Below, in pieces: positions 15,883 to 25,699 of a stretch of DNA of 64,000 nt. Under the pieces are notes generated by a model. The model made no database searches. It saw nothing but the letters and a program-made list of their open reading frames with translations, and was not told where the DNA came from. Each line of letters starts with the position of its first letter. Within the stretch, counting starts at the first letter, position 1. A program made the translations under genes and the position numbers. Source of the stretch: Candidatus Terrybacteria bacterium RIFCSPHIGHO2_01_FULL_48_17 (GTDB lineage: Bacteria > Patescibacteriota > Minisyncoccia > Terrybacterales > 2-01-FULL-58-14); NCBI GenBank assembly GCA_001822835.1, contig MHSS01000002.1:65060-129059 (forward strand), in the 5' to 3' direction.

Positions 15883-18495
15883 ATGGCATATAACCCGAAA
15901 GAAATAGAACCAAAATGGCAGAAGTATTGGGGAGAAAAGGGAATGTATTGCGCCGAGGATTTTTCAAAAAAGCCAAAGCACTACGTGTTGGACATGTTTC
16001 CGTACCCTTCGGGCGAGGGTTTGCATGTAGGGCATGTTGAGGGCTATACCGCAACGGACGTGGTGTCGCGGTATTTACGCATGCGCGGGAAGAACGTATT
16101 ACACCCCATGGGCTGGGATGCGTTTGGTCTTCCTGCGGAAAACTTTGCAATTTCAAATAAAATGCATCCAAGCGTTGCCGTTGCACGCAACATTGGTCGG
16201 TTCAAACAACAACTTAAGCAACTTGGATTTTCGTATGATTGGACGCGGGAAATAAATACCACCGACCCCGAATATTATCGTTGGACGCAATGGATTTTTT
16301 TGCAGCTTTTTAAAAAAGGCCTTGCCTACCAGAAAGAAGCGCCCATTAATTTTTGCCCACAAGACGGCACCGGCCTTTCGGATGAGGAAGTAGAGGATGG
16401 ATGCTGTGTGCGTTGTGGTACGCAGGTTGAGCGAAAACACATGCGCCAATGGATGTTAAAAATCACGGACTATGCTGACCGCTTGCTCGAAGACCTTGAT
16501 TTGGTCGAATGGCCGGAAAATATCAAGGAAATGCAGAGAAATTGGATTGGAAAATCGCAGGGAACCGAAGCGATTTTCAGGGTTCGGGGTTTGGGGGACA
16601 GGGGACAGGCGTTTGATCTGCCGGTGTTTACGACGCGGGCGGATACGCTTTTTGGGGCAACGTACGTGGTATTAGCGCCCGAACATCCATTACTCACAGA
16701 TCCCAGATTAGTGATTAGTAATCAGGCGGAGGTTGGGCTTTATATTGAGCAGGCACAGCAAAAAACTGATCTTGAGCGGCAGGAGCATCAGAAGTCAGGG
16801 ATTAGGGTAGAGGGTATAACGGCGATAAATCCAGTGAATGATGAAGAAATCCCCGTATTGGTTGCCGATTATGTGCTGGGATACTACGGCACCGGTGCTA
16901 TTATGGCAGTTCCCGCACACGACGCGCGCGACTTTGCGTTTGCGCAGGAACACGATTTACCAATACGAGAAGTAGTGACGCCCGACGGCAAGGCGCGCAA
17001 GAATTTGGATGAGGCCTTTATTGAAGATGGTATTTTGGTAAATTCCGGAGAGTTTTCGAATCTTTCTTCCCAAGATGCGCGCAAGAAAATTATTACGCAT
17101 CTTGCGCAAAAGGGCTTGGCAAAAAAGATCGTGCATTATAAATTGCGCGACTGGATTTTTTCACGGCAACGGTATTGGGGAGAACCCATTCCGCTCGTGT
17201 TTTGTGAGCAATGCAAAACACGAGCGGAAATCCAAAGTTCAAAATCCAAAGTTCAAAATAACGGATTCTCGGACGGAATTCCAAATTCTAAATTCCAAAT
17301 TCCAAATTCTGAGTTCACGAAGGGCGAACTCATAAATCCCGGATGGGTGGCAGTGCCAGAAGAGCAGTTGCCGGTGAAATTGCCTGACGTTGAAAGCTAT
17401 GCGCCGCCGGGAACCGGAGAGTCGCCGTTGGCTCTTATTGCGGTTTGGGTGGAAACAACGTGTCCAAAGTGTGGGGGCGTAGCGCGGCGCGAGACGCACA
17501 CCATGCCGCAATGGGCAGGGTCGTGTTGGTATTACCTCGCATACCTTATCGGGGGTCAGGGGTCGGGGTACAGGGGACAGAAATACGAATGGGATGAGAA
17601 GAAAATAAAATATTGGATGGAGCCGGAGGGGGTGGATATGTATGTTGGGGGAGCGGAGCATGCGGTGCTCCATTTGCTCTATGCCCGTTTTTGGCACAAA
17701 TTTTTGTATGATATCGGGGCTGTTTCAACCAAGGAGCCATTTTATAAATTGAAAAACCAAGGACTTATTTTGGGGCCGGATGGCCAGAAAATGTCAAAGT
17801 CGCGCGGGAATGTTATAAACCCCGATGATGTCATTGAGCAATATGGCGCAGATACTTTACGCATATACGAGCTTTTTATGGGGCCGCTTGAGGACGCAAA
17901 ACCGTGGGATACAAAGGGCATAATTGGGGTATGGAGGTTTTTGAATAAAGTTTGGTCATTAGTAAATAAAGAAGATGCTGGTCACCAAGAAACTAAAAAT
18001 CCCAATGCCCAAGTCCCAATGACCAATAAGCCCTTAAATACGTTAACGCATAAAACCATCAAGAAAGTTACGGGTGACATCGAGCGTTTTCGTTTCAATA
18101 CTGCAATTTCTGCCCTAATGGAATACGTTAATTTCCTAGGCAACCAGTCATTAGTAACCAGTCATCAGTTACGGGTCTTGGTGTTGCTGTTGGCGCCGTT
18201 TGCGCCACATTTGGCAGAAGAATTATGGCAGGAAGCATTGAAGAGAGAGGGTAGCGCGCACGAACAAGCATGGCCGAAATATGACGAGTCGGCTCTTGAG
18301 GGGGGAGAAGTAACGATAGCGGTTCAGGTTAACGGCAAAACGAGGGGACAGGTAAGGGTGCGTAAAGGCGCCACAGAACAAGAGGCAAAAAACGCTGCCG
18401 AAATAAATCCTGCTGTTGCGCGCCATCTTCAGGGGAGAACAATCAAGCGCATATTTTTTGTGCCAGATCGGCTTATGAACATTGTGGTGAGCTAG
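15883..18495 (+). CDS. leuS: leucyl-tRNA synthetase
   Basis: PYPSGEGLHVGH HIGH motif, KMSKS (QKMSKSRGN), CP1 editing domain and the typical VQVNGK C-terminus; contains unusual low-complexity insertions. Confidence 0.92.
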   Translation: MAYNPKEIEPKWQKYWGEKGMYCAEDFSKKPKHYVLDMFPYPSGEGLHVGHVEGYTATDVVSRYLRMRGKNVLHPMGWDAFGLPAENFAISNKMHPSVAVARNIGRFKQQLKQLGFSYDWTREINTTDPEYYRWTQWIFLQLFKKGLAYQKEAPINFCPQDGTGLSDEEVEDGCCVRCGTQVERKHMRQWMLKITDYADRLLEDLDLVEWPENIKEMQRNWIGKSQGTEAIFRVRGLGDRGQAFDLPVFTTRADTLFGATYVVLAPEHPLLTDPRLVISNQAEVGLYIEQAQQKTDLERQEHQKSGIRVEGITAINPVNDEEIPVLVADYVLGYYGTGAIMAVPAHDARDFAFAQEHDLPIREVVTPDGKARKNLDEAFIEDGILVNSGEFSNLSSQDARKKIITHLAQKGLAKKIVHYKLRDWIFSRQRYWGEPIPLVFCEQCKTRAEIQSSKSKVQNNGFSDGIPNSKFQIPNSEFTKGELINPGWVAVPEEQLPVKLPDVESYAPPGTGESPLALIAVWVETTCPKCGGVARRETHTMPQWAGSCWYYLAYLIGGQGSGYRGQKYEWDEKKIKYWMEPEGVDMYVGGAEHAVLHLLYARFWHKFLYDIGAVSTKEPFYKLKNQGLILGPDGQKMSKSRGNVINPDDVIEQYGADTLRIYELFMGPLEDAKPWDTKGIIGVWRFLNKVWSLVNKEDAGHQETKNPNAQVPMTNKPLNTLTHKTIKKVTGDIERFRFNTAISALMEYVNFLGNQSLVTSHQLRVLVLLLAPFAPHLAEELWQEALKREGSAHEQAWPKYDESALEGGEVTIAVQVNGKTRGQVRVRKGATEQEAKNAAEINPAVARHLQGRTIKRIFFVPDRLMNIVVS

Positions 18496-18522
18496 TTTAC
18501 TGTTGACAGAAGTCAAAAAATA

Positions 18523-18550
18523 CGCTAGACAAGAGCTAGCGTTTTTTATT
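18523..18550 (+). terminator. rho-independent terminator after leuS (CGCTAG-ACAAGAG-CTAGCG + TTTTTTATTT)
   Basis: Stem-loop 28 nt after the leuS stop with a 6-T run. Confidence 0.6.
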
Positions 18551-18574
18551 TGAAAACAGAAAAAGGAGAAATAA

Positions 18575-20113
18575 GTGGACAACAATATTGCTCGAAGAAT
18601 TATTGATGATGTGCTCGATTTTGTAGAAAAACATGGCGCATCTTATGCCGACGTGCGTTTGTATCTTGATGATCAGGGCGAATCTCTTTCCGTAAAAAAT
18701 GAGGTCGTGGAGTCCGCCTCTATTGGATCGGAATCGGGGGCGGGAGTGCGCGTACTCAAAAACGGTTCATGGGGTTTCGCAAGCTTTTCTGATTTATCTC
18801 GCCCAGAATCCATTTGTCGTCACGAACTCTTTGCGGCCGCACGCGAGGCATTGGCTTTGGCGGAAACCAGTTCACGCCTTCGTTCTTTTCCTTTAGAACT
18901 TGCTCCGTTGGGAAATGTGCCCTTGGTTGCAAACTACGAAACGTCGTATAGTGTCGATCCGTTTTCCGTCCCAATTTCAGAGAAGATCGCGCTTTTGAAG
19001 GATGCATGTGCGGCGTTGAATGATGCGAGCGGGAAAATCGCGGTACGAACCTCGGAACTAACTTCCGGCCGTTTCACTAAAATGTGGGCCGCATTTGAGC
19101 GAGGTCTCCCGCAGCGCCGATATATTACCCAGACGTTTCGTTCGTGCGCGTTTGAATTGTTTGTCCTCGCGATTGACGGCGACGAGGTACAAGAACGCTC
19201 CTTTGGACATGGCGGAATTGCGCACGCCGGGGGCCTGGAGTTCATTCACACGCTTAATGTACAGGATCTCGCAACACAGTTGCGTTCCGAGGCGCACGAA
19301 CTCCTTACTGCTCCCGAATGCGAGCCGGGCATGGCCGATATCATCATTCTTCCGCACCATCTTGGGTTGCATGTGCACGAAACCGGACATGCGTTTGAAG
19401 GAGACCGACTTCTTGGGTATGAGCAAACATACGTGGGCGGTACATTCATTAATGAAATTATTGCCGATATCGGTTCTTATCCCTTTGGTTCAGAAGCAGT
19501 TAATATTGTTGCTGAGGCCACGTTTCCTGGCGGATACGGTACGTTCGCGTTTGACGACGAGGGCGTACCCGCACAATCATTCCATCTGGTGGAGCAAGGC
19601 ATAATCAAAAACGTTTTGACTTCTCGGGAAACCGTGCAGCAAATCAATCGCCGTATTGGCCGTAACTATTTTACGCAAAGCAATGGAACTATGCGCGCTG
19701 CCTCTTATACCCGTATGCCCTTGATCCGCATGACTAATATTTCGCTTCTTCCGGGAAATGTTACGCTTTCTGATCTTATTGGGCGACTAGACCGCGGCCT
19801 TCTGCTTGAAGGAACGCAGTCATGGTCCATGAGTGAGGATCGCAAAAACTTCGATTTTGGCGTGCAATACGCGCGCGAAATTCGAAACGGCAAGATTGGA
19901 AGAGTGGTACGCAATGCCGGCTATACGGGCAATAACCTTGCATTTTGGCGTTCGTGCGAAGCCATTGCCGGAGAAAATGAGGCGTATATGCTGAACGTTC
20001 CAAACTGCGGGAAAGGCATGCCAGGGCAAAGCATGAGTACTGGGCATCGAACAAGCCCGGCGCTTTTCCGAAACGTCGAGGTGTTTAACCGGAAACAACG
20101 AGGAGGTTCATAA
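18575..20113 (+). CDS. tldD: TldD family metallopeptidase
   Basis: HETGHAFEGD HExxxH zinc motif, GTG start with AAGGAG SD; 512 aa. Confidence 0.85.
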   Translation: MDNNIARRIIDDVLDFVEKHGASYADVRLYLDDQGESLSVKNEVVESASIGSESGAGVRVLKNGSWGFASFSDLSRPESICRHELFAAAREALALAETSSRLRSFPLELAPLGNVPLVANYETSYSVDPFSVPISEKIALLKDACAALNDASGKIAVRTSELTSGRFTKMWAAFERGLPQRRYITQTFRSCAFELFVLAIDGDEVQERSFGHGGIAHAGGLEFIHTLNVQDLATQLRSEAHELLTAPECEPGMADIIILPHHLGLHVHETGHAFEGDRLLGYEQTYVGGTFINEIIADIGSYPFGSEAVNIVAEATFPGGYGTFAFDDEGVPAQSFHLVEQGIIKNVLTSRETVQQINRRIGRNYFTQSNGTMRAASYTRMPLIRMTNISLLPGNVTLSDLIGRLDRGLLLEGTQSWSMSEDRKNFDFGVQYAREIRNGKIGRVVRNAGYTGNNLAFWRSCEAIAGENEAYMLNVPNCGKGMPGQSMSTGHRTSPALFRNVEVFNRKQRGGS

Positions 20114-21510
20114 TGCGCGGAAAGACCGAAACGCTGGATATTCTTTCGTGTGTCGTCAAAGAAGCGCGGCGACTGGGACTTGATGCAGAGGCGATCTGGT
20201 CGTCATACCGCGAAGCAACCATGCGGTCTGCGTGGGGTGAAGTCCATCAGACCCCTACGGCTGATGCAGGAATATTGGAGTTTCGTCTTCGGCGAGGGTT
20301 CCGAGCCGCACGTATTTCGGTTGCCGAGTCAAATCAGAAAGCAATCAGTGCTGCGGTGAAACGATGCAGCGAAATGCTTTCCGAAGTTCCAGAAAATCCT
20401 TATCTTCCCGATCTTCTCCATCCGCCGACCGATTTCCCAGAAGAAATAGGAAATCTTCAGGGCGTTCCTGAATTCCCTGATGATCTTACTGTTAAGGAAC
20501 GTGCCTTCGCACACGTTAAACGTTCCGCACGAGGGACTCAACTTGTGGGTTCTGGGCGTTTTTTCACCGCAGGGTGTGAAATGGGCGTTGCAAATACTGC
20601 TGGCCTCGCCCGTTATCATACAGCATCCTATTCATTCCTCTCGTTGGTGGTAACCGGCGCACATGGCCTTTCTTCGTATGCGGATCGAGCATCTACTTCC
20701 CCAGAAGGAGTCGATGTAGATGCGGTAATTGATGAGGCCTTTGCGCGCGCAGCGCGTGCGCAGCAATTGCCATTTTTTGATCCGTTTAGCGACGGAAAAG
20801 GAGCGCGGCGTTATGATTCCGTGTTTACCCATTACGCGGTGGGTGAGTGGCTATATTGGTTAAGCATGTTTATTTTTAACGGACTTTCCGTTTTTGAGGG
20901 AGAATCGTTTTTAAGCGGATATCGTATCGGCGATCGTATCACCGGTGATCGTTTCAGCATGAGAGATGACTGGACGCACCCGGGTGTAATCCCCCTGCCG
21001 TTTGATCTTGAGGGCGCGACGCGAAGCGTTCTTCCGCTTGTTGAGAGAGGAATTTTCAGAGGCATTCCTTGCGATGGCATGACCGCGAAGAAAAGTGGGA
21101 TGAAATCAACCGGCCATTCGCTTTTTGGTTCATGGGGCGCAGTACCATTTTGTGTTGTGGTAGACGGCGGAAATGATACGTTTGAGACGCTCGTTGCGCA
21201 AAGCGTTACGCCAACCATTGTGGGGACATATTTCAACTATCCCAGCTTGCCGGATTTGCGCGAGGCGGTATTCACCGCAACGACCAGACACGGCACGTTT
21301 TTGGTAGAGGATGGAAAATATAAAGCGGTATGTCCTCCGTTGCGTCTTCGCATGCGATCGTTCGAAGCGCTTGAGCGCATTGATGGCATGACGCCCCCGC
21401 GATTGATTCGAGGACAGGAAAATTACGGCATGTTTTATCCGATATCATTGGTGGTTCCCGCGATGCGCCTGAGCGATGTCAATTTTGTGGGAAGCAATCC
21501 GACTATTTAA
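20113..21510 (+). CDS. pmbA: TldE/PmbA family peptidase partner
   Basis: ATGA overlap with tldD, GGAGG SD; PmbA/TldE-like length and composition without the HExxxH motif. Confidence 0.8.
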   Translation: MRGKTETLDILSCVVKEARRLGLDAEAIWSSYREATMRSAWGEVHQTPTADAGILEFRLRRGFRAARISVAESNQKAISAAVKRCSEMLSEVPENPYLPDLLHPPTDFPEEIGNLQGVPEFPDDLTVKERAFAHVKRSARGTQLVGSGRFFTAGCEMGVANTAGLARYHTASYSFLSLVVTGAHGLSSYADRASTSPEGVDVDAVIDEAFARAARAQQLPFFDPFSDGKGARRYDSVFTHYAVGEWLYWLSMFIFNGLSVFEGESFLSGYRIGDRITGDRFSMRDDWTHPGVIPLPFDLEGATRSVLPLVERGIFRGIPCDGMTAKKSGMKSTGHSLFGSWGAVPFCVVVDGGNDTFETLVAQSVTPTIVGTYFNYPSLPDLREAVFTATTRHGTFLVEDGKYKAVCPPLRLRMRSFEALERIDGMTPPRLIRGQENYGMFYPISLVVPAMRLSDVNFVGSNPTI

Positions 21511-21525
21511 TAAATAATTCAAAGA

Positions 21526-21556
21526 CCCTCTGCGCTGCAGGGGGTTTGTTGCTTTT
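21526..21556 (+). terminator. rho-independent terminator after pmbA (CCCTCTGC...GCAGGGGG + TTTGTTGCTTTT)
   Basis: GC-rich inverted repeat 16 nt after the stop, followed by a T-run. Confidence 0.55.
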
Positions 21557-21605
21557 CAAGAGGTGGTATTTTATAATGCATACACCTTAAAAATCGCAAA
21601 AGGCG

Positions 21606-22883
21606 GTGGTTGTAGTGAAGCTTCATCAGTTTCGTCTCCCCAACGACATCCCTGCAGTCGCGTATCCCATGCCAAGTACCATGAGTGTATGTCTTGCCGT
21701 TTCTTTTAGTTGCGGATCACGCTATGAATCTAAAGAACAGAACGGTATGGCGCATTTTCTTGAGCACCTGCTTTTTCGGGGAAGTAAACGTTATCCTGAT
21801 ATCGCGCGCGTGGTTGAGGGCGCAGGCGGAAGGAAGAACGGTTTTACCGCACAGGAAACCATACTTTATTTCACTCACGTTCCTGATGGAAAGAGTAAGC
21901 TTGCAGCGCAAGTGTTGTCAGACATGTTGATAAGGCCATTGTTTCGCCCTTCCGATATCGAAACCGAGCGCGGGGTTGTAGAACAAGAGCTTCGCGGATA
22001 TCTTCAAGATTCTGCCGATCGCGCCGAGGAAACCGCGATGGCGCTTTACTTTCAAGATCATCCAATGGGCCAGTCGATTGGTGGACCTATTGAGAATCTT
22101 GCAAAATGGGGGCGAGAGGATATTAGGGCTTTCTTTCAGACGTTTTATTGCGCAGAACGTGCCAATATTGCACTTGCCGGGAATGTAGATGTTACAGCAA
22201 TATCAGCTTTGCTCTCGCCCTTTGAAATAATTCCGCAGCACGTCGATTGCCAAAGGGTGATCAACATACCTTCTCTTCCCGTTATTTCCCGCGTTGCCGT
22301 GCGGCGTCTAAAGCAGCGCGAGCAGGCGTATTTTTTCCTTATTCTTCCGGGTCCCGTTTACGCACATTCTCTCAGGCGCGCAAGCAGTTTTGCTACAGAT
22401 ATTCTAGGACAGGGAATGAGCTCTCGTTTAGAAAGGGTTTTGCGAGATGAGCTTGGTTTCGTCTACCATGTGGGAGCATCCCTCAATGCTTCTCAAGATT
22501 ACGGTATCGTGGCAATTGTGGGAGCTACTTCTCCAGGACAGCTTATGCAATGTATGCGTCGTATCATTGAGGAGTTGCGTCTGCTATCGAGAGCGGGGGT
22601 GACACGCGCCGAATATTTACGCGCAAAATCAATGCGGACCGCAAGAATAATGATAGCTTCATATTCTCCAGAAAACATAGCGCGAAGGAATGCGGCTGTG
22701 ATGGCGCTTGGGATGCCGGTCTATACACCCCATGAGCGCATCGAACATGAACGCGCAGTGCGTCACGAGGAAGTTAACGAGGCGGCGCGATTATTTCTAA
22801 ACCCCTCTGTGGTTACCTTAGCAGTAGCCGGTAACGTTAAAGAGTCCGAACAAGAGCTTTTGGATATCATCCAAAACGCATAG
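21606..22883 (+). CDS. M16 family zinc peptidase (insulinase-like)
   Basis: Inverted zinc-binding HxxEH motif (HFLEHLLFRGS) plus downstream ligand E; start may be an internal Met. Confidence 0.85.
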   Translation: MVVVKLHQFRLPNDIPAVAYPMPSTMSVCLAVSFSCGSRYESKEQNGMAHFLEHLLFRGSKRYPDIARVVEGAGGRKNGFTAQETILYFTHVPDGKSKLAAQVLSDMLIRPLFRPSDIETERGVVEQELRGYLQDSADRAEETAMALYFQDHPMGQSIGGPIENLAKWGREDIRAFFQTFYCAERANIALAGNVDVTAISALLSPFEIIPQHVDCQRVINIPSLPVISRVAVRRLKQREQAYFFLILPGPVYAHSLRRASSFATDILGQGMSSRLERVLRDELGFVYHVGASLNASQDYGIVAIVGATSPGQLMQCMRRIIEELRLLSRAGVTRAEYLRAKSMRTARIMIASYSPENIARRNAAVMALGMPVYTPHERIEHERAVRHEEVNEAARLFLNPSVVTLAVAGNVKESEQELLDIIQNA

Positions 22884-22887
22884 CAGT

Positions 22888-22918
22888 CCCTTGGCTAAAG
22901 CCAGGGGGCTTTTCTTTT
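22888..22918 (+). terminator. rho-independent terminator after the M16 peptidase (CCCTTGGC-TAAA-GCCAGGGGG + CTTTTCTTTT)
   Basis: Stem-loop 5 nt after the stop, followed by a T-run. Confidence 0.55.
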
Positions 22919-23026
22919 GGGTAAAAAAGCCATACGATGGATTTATAAGGTAATCCGCCTTCGCTAAAGCTTCGGCGAGATGCTCATAGTGGCATCTGCT
23001 CGAAGTTTCTCGCAGGCCACTATGGC

Positions 23027-24859
23027 ATGTGCGGAATAGTTGGTTATGCAGGGAAAAGGGAAGCAGCACCCATCTTACTTGATGGGTTAAAGCGTTTGGA
23101 ATATCGCGGATACGACTCCGCGGGTATCGCGGTTCAAGATGGCTCTACCCATGATGCAAAGGTGCTGCGAAAAGTTGGGCGCGTGGCGCAACTCGAGGAC
23201 GCCCTGCAAAGATCTATGCCCCAAGGCATCACCGGCATTTCCCACACGAGATGGGCAACCCATGGGGTGCCGTCGGTAGGAAATGCCCATCCGCATGCCG
23301 ACTGCACAGCCGCTTTCCATGTGGTGCATAATGGCATTATTGAAAATTATGCAACGTTGCGCGAGGAATTGAAAGGAAGAGGGCATCGCTTCTCATCGGA
23401 AACCGATACCGAGGTTATGGCGCATCTTGTGGAAGAGTGTTTTCGCGGAACCCTGGAAGATGCGGTAGCTGAGGCATTAAGACGCCTACGAGGTACATGG
23501 GCATTTGCTGTGATTTCTTCCCGCGACCCGGGGAAAGTAGTGGCTGCTCGCAATTCTTCGCCGTTACTTTTGGCGATAGGCGACAATGAACACTTTGTCG
23601 CATCAGATGCGTCGGCGGTATTGTCCGCCACAAAAAAAGTGGTGTATCTGGAAGATGGCGAAATGGCAGTGCTTACGTATGACGGATTCCGGATTTCGGA
23701 TGTTGATGATATAGAATTGCGCAAGCGTCTTGTGGAGATTCCCTGGACGCTTGAGGAAGCCGAGAAGGGAGGACACTCGCATTTCATGCATAAAGAAATT
23801 TGGGAGGGGCCCGAAGTTGTACATAACGCTTTGCGCGGCCGCATTCGTACAAAAGAGGGGATGGTCAAGTTAGGGGGACTTGAAGAAGTGCAGGAACGAC
23901 TTTACAGGGCAGAGCGGCTTGTGCTTACGGGAATGGGAACGGCCTTTCACGCAGCGCTTTTGGGCGAATATTTTTTAGAAGAGCTTGCTGGGATTCCTGC
24001 GGAAACCGAATATGCTGCGGAATTTCGCTATAAAAAAACGCCCGTAGCCAGAAATTCTGTTTTGCTTGCAGTATCACAGTCGGGAGAGACGGCAGATACG
24101 TTGGCGGCGTTGCGCAAAGCGCGGGAGCAGGGAATGCTTGCGTTGGGAATCGTGAATGTGGTTGGCTCGACCATCGCGCGGGAAACCGATGCGGGCATTT
24201 ATAACCATGCTGGTCCAGAAATTGGCGTTGCCTCAACAAAAGCGTTTCTTTCCCAGGTAGTGGTGTTGTTGCTTACCTCATTATTTTTGGGCAAACAGCG
24301 AGGTATGGATATGGGGTTGGCGAAAGAAATTTTAGAAGAGCTGGAGAAAATCCCTGAAAAAATGAGAAAGATCCTACGACAGGAAGACCAGATAAAAGAA
24401 CTAGCAAATCATTACGCGGCCTTTCACGACTTCCTTTTTATCGGCAGGAAGTTTTCCGCGCCAGTTGCGCTTGAAGGGGCGCTCAAGCTGAAAGAAATCA
24501 GTTATTTGCATGCCGAAGGGTACAATGCCGCCGAGATGAAACACGGGCCCATTGCAATGATTGACGAAAACTTTCCGACCGTTGCCGTGGTGCCGGACGA
24601 CATGATACGAGATAAAACGCTTTCTAATATGGAAGAAATTCGCGCCCGCCAGGGGCCGATTTTGGCAATTGCAACAGAAGGGGATAGGAAAGTTGCGGAA
24701 GTTGCCACCGATACGTTCTTTGTTCCCAAAACCCATGAGATGTTAACGCCGCTTCTCACCACCGTGCCGTTACAGTTGTTGTCCTATCACCTCGGTGTTT
24801 CCAAGGGGTATGATGTGGACAAGCCGAGAAATCTTGCCAAAAGCGTTACCGTTGAATAG
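23027..24859 (+). CDS. glmS: glutamine--fructose-6-phosphate aminotransferase (isomerizing)
   Basis: MCGIVGY N-terminal nucleophile start, two SIS domains, C-terminal KSVTVE. Confidence 0.93.
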   Translation: MCGIVGYAGKREAAPILLDGLKRLEYRGYDSAGIAVQDGSTHDAKVLRKVGRVAQLEDALQRSMPQGITGISHTRWATHGVPSVGNAHPHADCTAAFHVVHNGIIENYATLREELKGRGHRFSSETDTEVMAHLVEECFRGTLEDAVAEALRRLRGTWAFAVISSRDPGKVVAARNSSPLLLAIGDNEHFVASDASAVLSATKKVVYLEDGEMAVLTYDGFRISDVDDIELRKRLVEIPWTLEEAEKGGHSHFMHKEIWEGPEVVHNALRGRIRTKEGMVKLGGLEEVQERLYRAERLVLTGMGTAFHAALLGEYFLEELAGIPAETEYAAEFRYKKTPVARNSVLLAVSQSGETADTLAALRKAREQGMLALGIVNVVGSTIARETDAGIYNHAGPEIGVASTKAFLSQVVVLLLTSLFLGKQRGMDMGLAKEILEELEKIPEKMRKILRQEDQIKELANHYAAFHDFLFIGRKFSAPVALEGALKLKEISYLHAEGYNAAEMKHGPIAMIDENFPTVAVVPDDMIRDKTLSNMEEIRARQGPILAIATEGDRKVAEVATDTFFVPKTHEMLTPLLTTVPLQLLSYHLGVSKGYDVDKPRNLAKSVTVE

Positions 24860-24863
24860 CTCT

Positions 24864-25472
24864 ATGTCCAAGGAAGAATACCGGGCAGCATTTAAAGAAA
24901 TTTTTGCGGCATCAAGCGAAGATGCGGAACGTACTCGTGCAAAAACTTCCCGGGAAGTTTTTCCTCAATATGCCAATCTTGATATCAACGATGATGCGGT
25001 AATCCAAAAAGCCGTTGATGAGTTGAGAGAACGCGTGGGTTTGTTCACGACCTCTGACGAGCTTGCCGAAACTGTTGCCGGGGGAGGCGTCATTCCCGTG
25101 AAGGACGATGTCAAGGAAGTGGCGGATAGATATGAAGGGGGGCCATTGCGAGATCCGCTTGTGGAGTTAGATATAGAGCGCGTGCCAGCGGAGTTCCGAG
25201 ACATGCTTATCGAACACGAACTCGCGGAGATGCTTTTTGAGATGAACGGGCTTAATCGTGACGATGCGCATAGCCGGGCGTTGATATTTGAATATCGCAA
25301 GGCGTTCGAGCTTCCCGACCCGTATGCTTTTCAGGAATATGTACGGTCAACTTACCATGAACAGTTAGAAAGGACACCCGAATGGACTGATATTATTACG
25401 CATCGTTTGAGAGAACGCGAGAAGGTATTCAAGCGGTTTAAACAGGAACACAAAGATCGCTCTAATCGCTAA
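24864..25472 (+). CDS. hypothetical acidic protein
   Basis: ORF starting at the Met 5 nt after the glmS stop (MSKEEYRAAF...); no family recognised. Confidence 0.45.
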   Translation: MSKEEYRAAFKEIFAASSEDAERTRAKTSREVFPQYANLDINDDAVIQKAVDELRERVGLFTTSDELAETVAGGGVIPVKDDVKEVADRYEGGPLRDPLVELDIERVPAEFRDMLIEHELAEMLFEMNGLNRDDAHSRALIFEYRKAFELPDPYAFQEYVRSTYHEQLERTPEWTDIITHRLREREKVFKRFKQEHKDRSNR

Positions 25473-25518
25473 CCGCTATTCGCTATCGACCGTTCACTAC
25501 TCGTCACTCTCTGATTTC

Positions 25519-25677
25519 ATGGTTCAACACATCGAAAAGGACGGCGGGGATATGTATATCTGCGATGAATGCCGTTTTCGCTACAAAGAAAAGGAATATG
25601 CACAAATGTGCGAAGCGTGGTGCAGGGAACATCAAAGCTGTAATCTTAAGATCATAAAGCATGCAATAAAGCAATAG
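25519..25677 (+). CDS. small zinc-ribbon-like protein (CDEC...CEAWC...C), below the ORF-track size cutoff
   Basis: 52-codon ORF not in the supplied track, in the gap upstream of pgk; possible alternative start at 25552 with AAGGA upstream. Confidence 0.3.
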   Translation: MVQHIEKDGGDMYICDECRFRYKEKEYAQMCEAWCREHQSCNLKIIKHAIKQ

Positions 25678-25699
25678 TGTTGCTAAGATAAAGATAAGC

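Noticed and set aside
17226-17312. Mobile element or intron inside leuS
   Set aside because: The repeats are in frame, short and flanked by intact LeuS domains. No intron or intein hallmarks were seen. Interpreted as slippage-derived loop expansions.
22919-23026. Possible glmS ribozyme/riboswitch in the 108-nt leader upstream of glmS (contains inverted repeats catagtggc...gccactatg and ggattta...taatcc)
   Set aside because: I could not find the conserved glmS ribozyme core elements or pseudoknot arrangement by eye. The hairpins are more simply explained as leader secondary structure just downstream of the preceding terminator at 22888-22918. Would need an Rfam cmsearch.
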